From Octopus sinensis (taxonomy: Eukaryota): a stretch of DNA of 64,000 bases. The position numbers and the translations under genes are program-made. The stretch lies in the NCBI RefSeq assembly GCF_006345805.1, contig NC_043008.1, forward strand, positions 67,208,001 to 67,272,000, read 5' to 3'. Positions 52,578 through 63,417 of this stretch are shown in pieces (position 1 is the first letter of the stretch; the number at the start of each line of letters is the position of its first letter). The notes under the pieces were generated by a model that searched no databases, was not told the DNA's origin, and was given only the letters and a program-made list of their open reading frames with translations.

Positions 52578-53010
52578 GTAAGAGTTTATCAATTCTCATA
52601 TATTATTTTTCATAACTCGTATGTTACACATCACATTGCTGGTGGTAAAAATATTTGTTAATTATGTATGTATATGTATCTTCATAAATCGGTCATAGTG
52701 AAGGTCTTTTTTTAAAGTCTGTGTTACATTGTCTATGTGTTGAAAGACATACTGAAACACCCCAACCACACAAACACAAAACAAAATAACTATATGTATT
52801 ATACATACATACACACACACACACATACATACAGTCACAATGAGGATACTTAGACTTCTTATAGACATATTTTTATCCAAGATACACTGGTTTAATATAT
52901 TGTATTTTGAAGTGATATTTCTTCAATGAATATATTATTTAAAATATTATAAAATATCAAATATTATTATCAAGTTATTATTAAGTTAGAAAATATCATT
53001 ATTAAGTTAG

Positions 53011-53143
53011 TGGATACAAATTAATTTATTAATTAATTAACATATTCACCAATATATTTATATGTTTTGTAATTTTAATTTTGTTTATGAAATGAAACAG
53101 AGCTGTAGGTGAATATGTTAATTAATAAATTAATTTGTATCCA
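53011..53143. repeat. Inverted repeat (36-40-bp arms) next to the 556-bp array
   Basis: tggatacaaattaatttattaattaattaacatattcacc versus ggtgaatatgttaattaataaattaatttgtatcca. Confidence 0.85.
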
Positions 53144-53190
53144 TTAGATCTCTCTGTTTTATAACTTACTAATAATATATATATATATAT

Positions 53191-54711
53191 ATAATTTCAA
53201 CAATTGAGGGTAAAATTAATTAATTAATCAATTTCACCAAGTGTTCAGTATGCAAAGGGACCATTTAAGGCGAATTCAAATTATTACATTATATAAAAGG
53301 GCTTAGTAAAATAAATTACTTTGCCGCATACTGAACTCATTAGAAATAGCAGCTAAAAAAACTTTTTTAAAACTATTTCTAATACTTAAAGAAAACCTCT
53401 CTCATATAGTGTTTGCTCAATTCAACTCACGCAAATATGGGGGTAGAGACATTAAAAAATCAAGTGCAAAGGTTATTTGAGAACGTACGTTTCAAGATTA
53501 GTCAACACGACACTTCTATCATCAGCTCAGAACTCCCTGGTTTGGATTTGAAAACACTGAAAGTAGGAGCATACCTCTCGGCCTCCTCTCGCTTCCGAAG
53601 ATCTGCTCGCAACTAACAGTGCCAACAAACTCAAAAATGCAAGCGAAGAATTTCTGCTCTCCCCTTTCCACCAGCGTGGGTTAAAATCAGCAAACACTAT
53701 GCTTTTTTCGGTAAAATCCGCGGCATTATATAGAGAGAGATGAATTATAATTTCAACAATTGAGGGTAAAATTAATTAATTAATCAATTTCACCAAGTGT
53801 TCAGTATGCAAAGGGACCATTTAAGGCGAATTCAAATTATTACATTATATAAAAGGGCTTAGTAAAATAAATTACTTTGCCGCATACTGAACTCATTAGA
53901 AATAGCAGCTAAAAAAACTTTTTTAAAACTATTTCTAATACTTAAAGAAAACCTCTCTCATATAGTGTTTGCTCAATTCAACTCACGCAAATATGGGGGT
54001 AGAGACATTAAAAAATCAAGTGCAAAGGTTATTTGAGAACGTACGTTTCAAGATTAGTCAACACGACACTTCTATCATCAGCTCAGAACTCCCTGGTTTG
54101 GATTTGAAAACACTGAAAGTAGGAGCATACCCTCTCGGCCTCCTCTCGCTTCCGAAGATCTGCTCGCAACTAACAGTGCCAACAAACTCAAAAATGCAAG
54201 CGAAGAATTTCTGCTCTCCCCTTTCCACCAGCGTGGGTTAAAATCAGCAAACACTATGCTTTTTTCGGTAAAATCCGCGGCATTATATAGAGAGAGATGA
54301 ATTATAATTTCAACAATTGAGGGTAAAATTAATTAATTAATCAATTTCACCAAGTGTTCAGTATGCTTGCATTTTTGAGTTTGTTGGCACTGTTAGTTGC
54401 GAGCAGATCTTCGGAAGCGAGAGGAGGCCGAAAGGGTATGCTCCTACTTTCAGTGTTTTCAAATCCAAACCAGGGAGTTCTGAGCTGATGATAGAAGTGT
54501 CGTGTTGACTAATCTTGAAACGTACGTTCTCAAATAACCTTTGCACTTGATTTTTTAATGTCTCTACCCCCATATTTGCGTGAGTTGAATTGAGCAAACA
54601 CTATATGAGAGAGGTTTTCTTTAAGTATTAGAAATAGTTTTAAAAAAGTTTTTTTTAGCTGCTATTTCTAATGAGTTCAGTATGCGGCAAAGTAATTTAT
54701 TTTACTAAGCC

Positions 54712-54722
<11 letters not shown>
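53191..54722 (-). mobile_element. Penelope-like/retrozyme-like array: two full 556-bp units, a 63-bp third start, then an inverted 355-bp segment, between (TA)n tracts
   Basis: Unit starts at 53191, 53747 and 54304; inversion junction at 54366/54367. Hammerhead-like core in each unit. Strand is that of the hammerhead in the direct units. Confidence 0.7.
54481..54532 (+). ncRNA. Minimal hammerhead-like motif (also on minus strand at 53478-53529 and 54034-54085)
   Basis: tgag CTGATGA tagaagtgtcgtgttgactaatctt GAAA cgtacg TT ctca. Stem I 4 bp, palindromic CGTACG stem III; stem II is poorly paired (U-U closing). Confidence 0.45.
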
Positions 54723-54787
<65 letters not shown>

Positions 54788-55403
54788 TTTTTGAAGTCAG
54801 TGTTGCATTGTATTCACAGACTTGCACTTAAAATTTAATTGAAACTTGTTAGTTACTAAGGTGACAACACCACCTATTTATCTTTCACACACACTCTCTC
54901 TCCCCCTCTCTCTCTCTCTCTGTATATCTCTCTCAGCATCAACTTCTCCTCCCCTTCTTCCCTCTCTCTGCATATATGTTGTTACAGACTGACAATTGGA
55001 GATCAGCTTCTCTTTTGTAATATAAGATTTGTGTCTTATATTTTCCAAAACACTAAACTTCCTTTTTTCACAGCATAAAAGTTATTCCATTGTTAGAACT
55101 ATTTCTGCGACATTTTTGCTGACACACAACATCTCTACTTTACTCGGTAGTCATGTGTAAAAAAAAAATCATCACTACTGAGGAAAGTTAAATCAGCTCT
55201 GACACATATGCACTCAAGGCTGCTCTCCTCTGATGGTCTATTGACGCAAATATCTAGGAGACAATTGCCAAGGACCACCCAAAGTGGCAGCATGTCAATG
55301 TCAAAGAAATGGACCAGATGGAGAAATAACAGACGTCAAAAGGCACAGATCAGCCCCAGGAAAAATTTTTCCTTGTTGACATTCTTTTTACATTTTTTTA
55401 CAG

Positions 55404-55469
55404 ATATCAGTATTCACCAGAAAGCTGCACAAGGAGAACTGGTTCTTCTCTGGCAGGAATCCACTGACA
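55404..55469 (+). CDS. ANKRA2: ANKRA2/RFXANK coding exon (NISIHQKAAQGELVLLWQESTD), first ankyrin repeat
   Basis: Acceptor ttttttacag, donor gtgagt, phase 1->1. Confidence 0.92.
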
Positions 55470-56404
55470 GTGAGTAATTGTTTTTATACTCACTTTGGAA
55501 GAGTTGTGAGTTGTTAGTTACTGGTTATATAGAAATGTCATCATCATCATCATCATGGTTGAAGCAAAATGTTACTTGTCACATCATTGTCACATTTGGA
55601 AGTGGGTTGTTTTTTTTTATATTAATCCACATTGTTAACAGCACTGTTATTATCACGAATGGTTTGTTTATTATTGTCTATCATCATCACTGTCATCATC
55701 ATCATTGTTGTCATGACCATCAACACTATCACCACCATTATCATCATCATAGCTATACTTTACCCCACACATGTTCCGGCTGCCTCATTACACACCACAC
55801 AACAAACTTTCATGTATTCTACCTCACTAAGCTGTCCTCGACCACACATGACACACTAATTGTTACACTGTGTTCCACATAATATACTTCTTATAACATA
55901 CACTCATCAGCACAATGTACCCCATACGACATACCATAACTACTACACTGCTTTTCTTGGTGAAGCAGATTAAATGTTCTGTTGAGCCCGTGGGTAGCAA
56001 CCAAATAATTAGTTGGCTACATCCACCTTAAAGATTGTAACTTGAACTTACAACCACTACTCTTCATTACCAACTCTCACCTTCTTGGCAGTGTCTTTGC
56101 ACATGGTTTGCACAGCTCCCACAAACGATTTTTGCTCCCTTACTCTCCTTTCTAAGAAATTCACAACAGTTGCTGGCCTTGTACCAAAATTTGAAACCAA
56201 TATTAAAGGGGGAGTATAATTGATTAAATATGCCCTAGTATGACTGGTATTCCTAAAAGTATGAATGGCAAAGTTGATTTAAACTCAGAACATGAAGGGA
56301 TGTAACTAAATATTTCAAGCCATTTTGGACTCATTCTAATCACTCTGCTAATCTTGGTAATTATTAATTAAACCACTAATTAATAATTAAACTATTAATA
56401 GTAC

Positions 56405-56720
56405 AGGTATGGTAAGAAGTTTGCTTCCCAACAGCATAGTTCCTGGTTCAGTCCCATTGCATGGCACCTTGGACAAGGGTCTTCTATTATAGCCAACCAA
56501 AGCCTTGTGAGTGGATTTGGTTGACAGAAACTGAAAGAAGACTGTTGTTTGTGTGTGTGTGTTCTCCATAACTGCTTGATAATCATTGTTGGTTTGTTTA
56601 TGTCCCTGTAACTTAGCAGTCTGGAAAAAAGAGACGAAAAGGATAAGTACCAGACTTTAAAAAAAATAAACCCTGAGGGTTGAGTTGGGGTCACAGACTG
56701 AAACAAGTAAAAGATAAAAG
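56405..56720 (+). mobile_element. SINE family A, diverged
   Basis: Head, core and tail. Confidence 0.75.
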
Positions 56721-56795
56721 AATAAAAGATTTTTAAAAATCATATTAAAAGAAAATTGAATTACATCTTTTGTATCTTCTTTGTTGTATTTCCAG

Positions 56796-57019
56796 ATCTC
56801 AACATAAATAAACCTGATGAACAAGGTTTGACTGCTCTGCTGTGGGCTGCAGCCAATGGTCAGTTAGCGACAGTGGAATATCTGCTGCAAAATGGTGCTA
56901 ATCCATATGCACAGGGAAACAAGGGTGAAAATGCCTTACTGTTTGCCTGTTGCTATGGTTACATTGATATAGTAAAACTACTTCTGAAACTTGGTATGGA
57001 AGTGAACTATGTAGACGAG
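56796..57019 (+). CDS. ANKRA2: ANKRA2/RFXANK coding exon (LNINKPDEQGLTALLWAAANGQ...GMEVNYVDE), ankyrin repeats
   Basis: Acceptor tgtatttccag, donor gtaagt, 224 nt. Overlaps ORF 56756..57061. Confidence 0.96.
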
Positions 57020-57524
57020 GTAAGTTATGCGATGTTACAAAGACTAGTTTATTATAGGTGAAGTAAGTAGTATGATGTTACCTGATGAGGTACCGCAGAT
57101 TAAGTGATATAATGTTATGAAGATGAGATGCCATACAAAGATTAGTTATATGTTACAGAGACAAGGTACCATAGACATGATGAATTATATGGTTATCTCT
57201 CTTGTACTGGTGCCATAAAAAAAAGCACCCTGTACATTTTGTAAAATGGCTGATGTTAGAAAGGCATCCAGCTGTAGAAACCTTATCAAAGCAGACAGTG
57301 GGACAGGGATTCAATCCTGAGACCCATCAGTTCTTGTCAAATTGTCCAACTCATGCCAGCCTGAAACACAGACATTAAGTGATGATGATTTGAATCCACT
57401 TGACATCAACCCTTGTTTTATGATATAATCTTTAAGTTTTAAGGTGATCTAAATCAAAATTTCATATTAATTTATTTTCTAAAAAGCAGCTTAATAATGA
57501 TAAATTAGCTTTTATTTCTTGGGC

Positions 57525-57639
57525 TCCGGGTTTCAGTCCCACTGCATGGCACTTTGGGCAAGTGTCTTCTACTATAGCCTCGGGCCGACCAAAGCCTTGT
57601 GAGTGGATTTGGTAGATGGAAACTGAAAGAAGCCCGTTG

Positions 57640-57678
<39 letters not shown>

Positions 57679-57870
57679 TTGTTCTCCCCACCATCGCATG
57701 ACAACCAATATTGGTGTGTTCACATCCCCATAACTTAGCGGTTCAGCAAAAGAGACTGATAGAATAAGTACTAGGCTTACAAAGAATAAGTCCTGGGGTC
57801 GATTTGTTCGACTAAAGGCAGAGCTCCAGCATGGCCACAGTCAAATGACTGAAACAAGTAAAAGAAAAGA
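57525..57870 (+). mobile_element. SINE family A, 5'-truncated, little decayed
   Basis: ccgggtttcagtcccactgcatggcac...gaaacaagtaaaag. Confidence 0.85.
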
Positions 57871-58270
57871 AAAAAAAAAAGCAGAATTTTCCAACAGAAA
57901 TATGGTAACATAAGGGTCAACCTTTTTTATATCAACCTGCATAGACTTCATTAAGTTCTATGGTACAAACTTCCAGTTTTAAAGTAATCTAAATTACAAC
58001 AAAGTAATGCTTATTGCCTACTATTTTTAACCCCAGGAGGGTGCCTCCTCCAGCTATATTGCAAGCAGGGAAGTGAACTCCTACCATCTTCCAGCCATGA
58101 CACCACCAGACCTTATGGTTTCGATCTCTTTGTGGTCATCTTCGATGGTGGATACTCATTCATTAGAGATAGCAGTAGTTCTCTCCAGCTTGTAATATAT
58201 AGAGAACAAGTGACACTCCAGCTCACAGTATATAGAAAACAAGTGACAATCAGCCACTGACCTTGCAACA

Positions 58271-58581
58271 AGCAAATTAGCAATTTAGAAAATTTCTATG
58301 AGAGATGAACGCAGTAACCATACTGAGAAGTAATGCTTATTGCCACTTAAACATGGCTGTTCCATAGGAACTGGTGTTACTGCTATTTTTAACCACAGGA
58401 GGATGTCTCCTCCAGGTGATTGCATCAAATAACCAGCTGGATGAGGTATCTTCCTGGAGTTAAAAATAGCAGTAACGTTGGCTCCTACAGAACAGCCATG
58501 TTTAAGTGGCAACAAGCATTACTTCTCATTATGATTACTACTTTAATCTCTCATAGAGATTTTCTAACGAGCTAATTTGCT
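58271..58581. repeat. About 310-bp fold-back (about 145-bp arms) in an ANKRA2 intron
   Basis: agcaaattagc...gaagtaatgcttattgccacttaaacatggctgttc... mirrored by ...gaacagccatgtttaagtggcaacaagcattacttc...gctaatttgct. Deleted direct copy at 58002-58052. Confidence 0.85.
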
Positions 58582-58699
58582 AAATTACAACCATCCATCA
58601 AAATTTCACATTAATCTATGTTCCAACACCAGCTTCATAATGGATTTAGTTACTGTACTAAATTTTTCATTATTTTCAAATTGGAATCAAAATCAAATT

Positions 58700-59167
58700 C
58701 GATGACTGGCATCCATGCTAGTGGAGCGCTAAGAGTACCATATAAGCGTGATCGTTGCCAGAGCAACAAGCTGGCCTCTGAGCCGATGGCACGTAAAAAA
58801 CACCATTCAAGCGTGATCGTTACCTGCGTCGCCTTACTGGCACTTGTGCTGGTGGCACGTGAAAAAACATTTGAGTGAGGTCATTGCCAGTGCCGCTGGA
58901 CTGGCTCCTGTGCAGGTAGCACATAAAAAGCACCATTTGAGCGTGGCCATTGCCAGTACTGCCTGACTGGCCCTTGTACCAGTGGCACTTAAAAGCATCC
59001 ACTACACTCTTGGAGTGGTTGGCATTAGGAAGGGCATCCAGCTGTAGAAACACTGCCAGATCAGATTGGAGTCTGGTGCAGCCATCTGGTTCGCCATACC
59101 TCAGTCAAATCGTCCAACCCATGCTAGCATGGAAAGCTGACGTTAAACGATGATGATGATGATGATG
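58700..59167 (+). mobile_element. Repeat family C, long copy
   Basis: Internal gtaaaaagcacc repeats, ggaagggcatccagctgtagaaa, (GAT)n tail. Confidence 0.75.
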
Positions 59168-59434
59168 AGTGAAGCAAAAACAGAGTATTTCAACAAAAAA
59201 CATGGTAATTAAAGAGCTAAGACATTAGAATATGATGTGAGGAAGATTCAGCTGTTTTTTCTAGCAGTCTCCCTCATTGGCTGCAACACTCTGTATCTTT
59301 GTATTCACTGCACACTGCTGCATTAAAGTCATTTGTTTTTTTCTTTTATGTCGTGGTTGTGTAAATGATTATAAGTTGAAAATATTTGTGTTTTTGATGT
59401 GAGAGAACTGTTTATTATTATTTTTTTTTTTCAG

Positions 59435-59582
59435 AGTGGTAACACAGCATTGATGTATGCTGTCAACAATAACCATGCCAGTTGTGTGAAGTTACTGCTA
59501 GAAGCAGGAGCTGATCTTACCATGGCAAATGAAGATCAACTGACTGCTATGGATTTAGCTGTCAGTCATAATCACAAATCAG
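59435..59582 (+). CDS. ANKRA2: ANKRA2/RFXANK coding exon (SGNTALMYAVNNNHASCVKLLLEAGADLTMANEDQLTAMDLAVSHNHKS)
   Basis: Acceptor (t)n cag, donor gtaggt, phase 0->1, ankyrin consensus. Confidence 0.96.
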
Positions 59583-59938
59583 GTAGGTAATTATTATTAT
59601 TGCAATATTCAATTTTGTCTTTCGAATTTTGTCAGTCATCCTTGTCTTTCACCCTTCTGTAAGAGTGGTCAGTAAAACACACACCAGAGTCAACTAAATT
59701 GATTCCCTCTGACCCTAAAATGTATGGCCTTTGCTTCCTAAATGGTAAAATTAATAAAACACCCTATTGTGTTTGGTTATATTCCATTGTTTTGTGAGCT
59801 CCAATCAAATCCTATTGGAATAAACTCAAGTTTTCCATCCTTATAGGACATACTGAAATAATGTATACTGCTTATCTTCTTCTAATTATCTTCTAATTAT
59901 GTTGAATGATAACAAATAATTCAATCTTCTATTTTCAG

Positions 59939-60009
59939 TTCAAAATGTTATTGAAAACCATCTTCTGTCCATATTTGAAGGTGTTACATCACCAAACACA
60001 TTAAAATGA
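59939..60009 (+). CDS. ANKRA2: ANKRA2/RFXANK last coding exon (VQNVIENHLLSIFEGVTSPNTLK*)
   Basis: Acceptor ttctattttcag, phase 1, TGA at 60007-60009. Candidate ATTAAA at 60308 and 60346. Confidence 0.92.
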
Positions 60010-60781
60010 ATATTAATACTGCTATAAAAACTATCACATTGGACAACAGTTCGGGGCGGTGCCCCAGCATGACCAGTCTGATGGCTGAAACAAGTAAAAG
60101 ATAAACAGTGATGATTTTTTTTTTATATCACCATCTGAAATGTTTCATAAATGTTGTTGGTATTGCCTTCTCTTCTGTTGATTTACATCAGACACTATGA
60201 TGGATGTACCACATTTCACATTATTTATAGGACTTGTGTGGGATTTTTCCATCAGAACATTGAGATGGAACTAAAGACTAAAGTATTTATGTGTTCGAAT
60301 GCATGGTATTAAATGGACTGATACTTGTCAATGTTTTATATTTATATTAAATGTATCCTGTCATCAAAATATATCTCTCTGTGTTCTATGTTTGTGTGTG
60401 TGCACAACCAGTTCTTGAAATTAAATTGCATTACTTCTAATTACAAGAGTACTAGATTGGCAGAATCATGAGAGTGTTCAACAAAATATTATGAGGTATT
60501 TCCAGGTTCAAATCATGCCATGGTCAACTTTGCCAAGCATCCCTCCAGGCTTGCTGAATTAAAGTACCAGTCAAATATTGGGGCTGATAGTATTGACTAA
60601 CCCCGTTCAGATTTATCCTCTGCTCATCATCATCATCATCAACCTGTCTACAAAGAATTTTGTTTTGCTCTGTGCTAGCATGAGGTTTTGTGGTATTTAA
60701 ATAACTTATAACTTCACTCGTCTGTCATCATGCTATCAACATCAATATTATGAATATTATCTCTGTTATTATTATTATTAT

Positions 60782-61345
60782 CAGTGAACTGGCAGAATTG
60801 TTAGCAAGTCGGACAAAATGCTTACTGGTATTTCATCTGCCGCTACGTTCTGAGTTCAAATTCCGCCAAGGTCGACTTTGCCTTTCATCCTTTCGGGGTC
60901 AATTAAATAAGTACCAGTTACGCACTGGGGTCGATATAATTGACTTAATCTGTTTGTCTGTCCTTGTTAGTCCTCTCTGTGTTTAGCCCCTTGTGGGTAG
61001 TAAAGAAATAGGTATTTCATCTGTCTTCATGTTCTGGATTCAAATTCTGCCAAGCTCAGCTTTGCCTATCAGCCTTTTGGGATCAGTAAATTAAGTACCA
61101 GTGAAACACTGGGGTCATTATAATTGACTTGTCTCCTCCCCAAAAATTTCAGGCCTTGTGTCTTTAGTAGAAAGGATTATGATTATGATTAAGGTGGTGA
61201 GCAGGCAGAATCATTAGCACACCAGGCAAAATGCTCAGCAGTATTTCATCTGCCACTACATTCTGAGTTCAAATTCCACCAAGGTCGACTTTGCTTTTCA
61301 TCCTTTCAGGGTTGATAAATTAAGTACCAGTCAAGTATTGGGGGT
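60782..61345 (+). mobile_element. SINE family B dimer plus an adjacent further copy
   Basis: Repeated ttctgagttcaaattcc...gtcgactttgc blocks. Confidence 0.75.
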
Positions 61346-62373
61346 CTTGCTGCCCTTGTGGCAAAATTTGAAACCATTATTATTATTATCATCATCATTA
61401 TTAAAGTGCTGAGCTGGCAGAGTTGTTAGCACACTGGGCAAGCATTTCATCTGTCGATACATTCTGAGTCCAATGCTCTGACTACTGAGCCATGTGCCTT
61501 CACCATCTCACCCATGCAAGCATGGAAAAGTGGACATTGAAACAATGATGAGGATGATATAAAATATTTGGTCTAAATATATGTTGTTTGCTTGGTATAT
61601 ATAAGGATTTTCCTTAGTGCTTATGTATGCATGTGCGCATATATAGTATCTGGTCATTAACGTTTTGATGTCTACTTTGTCAGGCTCGCATAGGTTATAT
61701 GAGGGTATGTTGGGGCAAAGTTTTTATGTGGCCAAATGCCCATCCTGTTGCCAGCCTGCACTTGTTTCCAAGCAAGGCAATAATCTTCCAGTTTATTGAA
61801 TATTGAAGAACCTGGTCATGTTTATGTAGAGAACTGGAAATAAACCACACCATATAAATAAGCCTTCTGCTTACAAATATCACACAACATCAAGCAGCCT
61901 AGCTTTGTTTCACAGTGGACTGCAAGCAAACAACAGCATCAGTGATCCATTGTTTACAACCAGCAAACACACATGAAGATGAGGGAAACACAAAGTCATT
62001 TACACACACACACAACAATCCCCTTTCAGTTTCCATCCACTAAACTCAGTCACAAGACTGCTTGGCCCAGAACTATAGTAGAAGATATTTGCCCCAAAGT
62101 GCTGTGCAGTGGGACCAAACATGAAACTACATGGTTAAGAAGCAATGCCTGTTGCCTTTATAACTATCCAGCCATGCTTGTATCTTGTTTTTCATTATAA
62201 ATCTACACTAACAAGGCTGACCTGGTGCTAAACAACATTGGAAATTCTCATTAGCTACATACATTCATCTATACATCCACCAACCAAACCTTTAAACTGA
62301 AGCAAAGCAACACATCTTAAAGAAATAAGTTTATTCACAGTCAATTGCAGATTATATTTACAACAGGAAAATA

Positions 62374-62494
62374 TCAGCTTTCCAAAAAACGTGCCCAGGC
62401 TGGATTTGAAGGTTCTGGGGGTAAAACCCAAGTATCAGGGATCCGACTGGCACCGGGTGCAGTTTCTGGTGCCAAATAACAATCCCAGTCTCTC
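62374..62494 (-). CDS. Last coding exon of the unidentified gene (RDWDCYLAPETAPGASRIPDTWVLPPEPSNPAWARFLES*)
   Basis: Acceptor ttttttttttctgtcttatag, phase 2, TGA, then AATAAA (tttatt at 62330-62335) about 40 nt downstream. Confidence 0.8.
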
Positions 62495-62926
62495 CTATAA
62501 GACAGAAAAAAAAAATAAGAGAGTAAAAAATATGTATTTAAATTTATATATTTTACAAAGTAGTAATATTTTAATTAACAAAAAGATGAAAATTTGATTT
62601 CAGTGTTCATGTGAGACCTTATTTTGAAATATAAAAATTAAAGTGCACTGTGGTCATCAAAACTAGCCATTCAAAATGAATATATAATCCATGAATGATC
62701 AGGTATGGGTTGGACAAGACCCACCGAAGCAGTGTTTAACTGCAGGATGTTCTTCCTCTCACCAACTCTTGTTTTTCAAGTAAGATTTCTTTTTATTCCA
62801 CTGGTCTTTATGTTAGAATAAACGAAACCATCAAGCTATGGGACATAATGCTTATGGGAGACAAATGTCACAGATGCTCAAATCATCAATGTGAAAATGC
62901 AAGAAGACAAACACACACACACATAT

Positions 62927-63142
62927 TATGAGGGAATGCTGAAAAGTTCTTGGCTTTGGGTAAAAGAAAATACAGGAGGATCAGTTAATTATGATTTTAT
63001 CCAACATATTCTCCTCTCAGATTCACACACTTAGCAGTCCTTCAGTATTTCCAAGGCCTGTAAAAGGAGTTGGAAGGTTGGGCCTCCAACCATGCCTTTC
63101 GCAGTATCCTTAAAGCCAGGAACTTTGCAGATCTCCCTTGTA
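62927..63142. mobile_element. mariner-derived MITE with TA ends
   Basis: TIRs tatgagggaatgctgaaaagttcttggcttt versus reverse complement of aaagccaggaactttgcagatctcccttgta. Confidence 0.75.
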
Positions 63143-63329
63143 TGTGTGTATGTATTCATTCAAAAGCCAATACAATGCAAATTAAAGTAATAAAGACAAA
63201 ACAACAGTTGTTCTCTCTTCATTCAGCTTTCATTCTTATATTTCATTTTGCACACACACACCTACCATACTGTCCACACACACACCAGCATTACTGTTTA
63301 CACACAATTGCTCCAGTTGAAAAACTCAC

Positions 63330-63417
63330 CGAATCTGCAGAAAAGACTCCCAATTGTCAATGGCCTGTGTGTAGTATTTCAGGAAAGGGTAACAAGGATC
63401 CATTGAATCAATGACAT
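63330..63417 (-). CDS. Internal coding exon of an unidentified gene (DVIDSMDPCYPFLKYYTQAIDNWESFLQIR)
   Basis: Acceptor tcttttcttccccacag, donor gtgagt, 88 nt. Only one frame is open (phase 1->2), matching the next exon. Confidence 0.8.

Larger units (their letters stand above)
46399..60009 (+). other. ANKRA2: ANKRA2/RFXANK-family ankyrin repeat gene span (ATG to stop), 299 aa
   Basis: Eight exons sum to 900 nt with consistent phases. PSTVITNLQRGNV motif, SIHQxAAQGEL, GxTxLxWAAAxGQ and GExAL ankyrin repeats and C-terminal VQxVIExHLL match the ANKRA2/RFXANK family. The symbol cannot separate the two vertebrate paralogs. Confidence 0.9.

Noticed and set aside
53413-54597. Repeated ORFs MLNSTHANMGVETLKNQ...
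   Set aside because: They start at a non-ATG codon, are short, are frameshifted between copies and contain no known domain; they are by-products of the tandem unit.
214-60986. Most ORFs in the supplied track ([20 protein letters not shown] runs; LPNPLTRLWSARGYSRRHLPKVP repeats)
   Set aside because: They are translations of microsatellites and SINE family A or B sequence, not genes.
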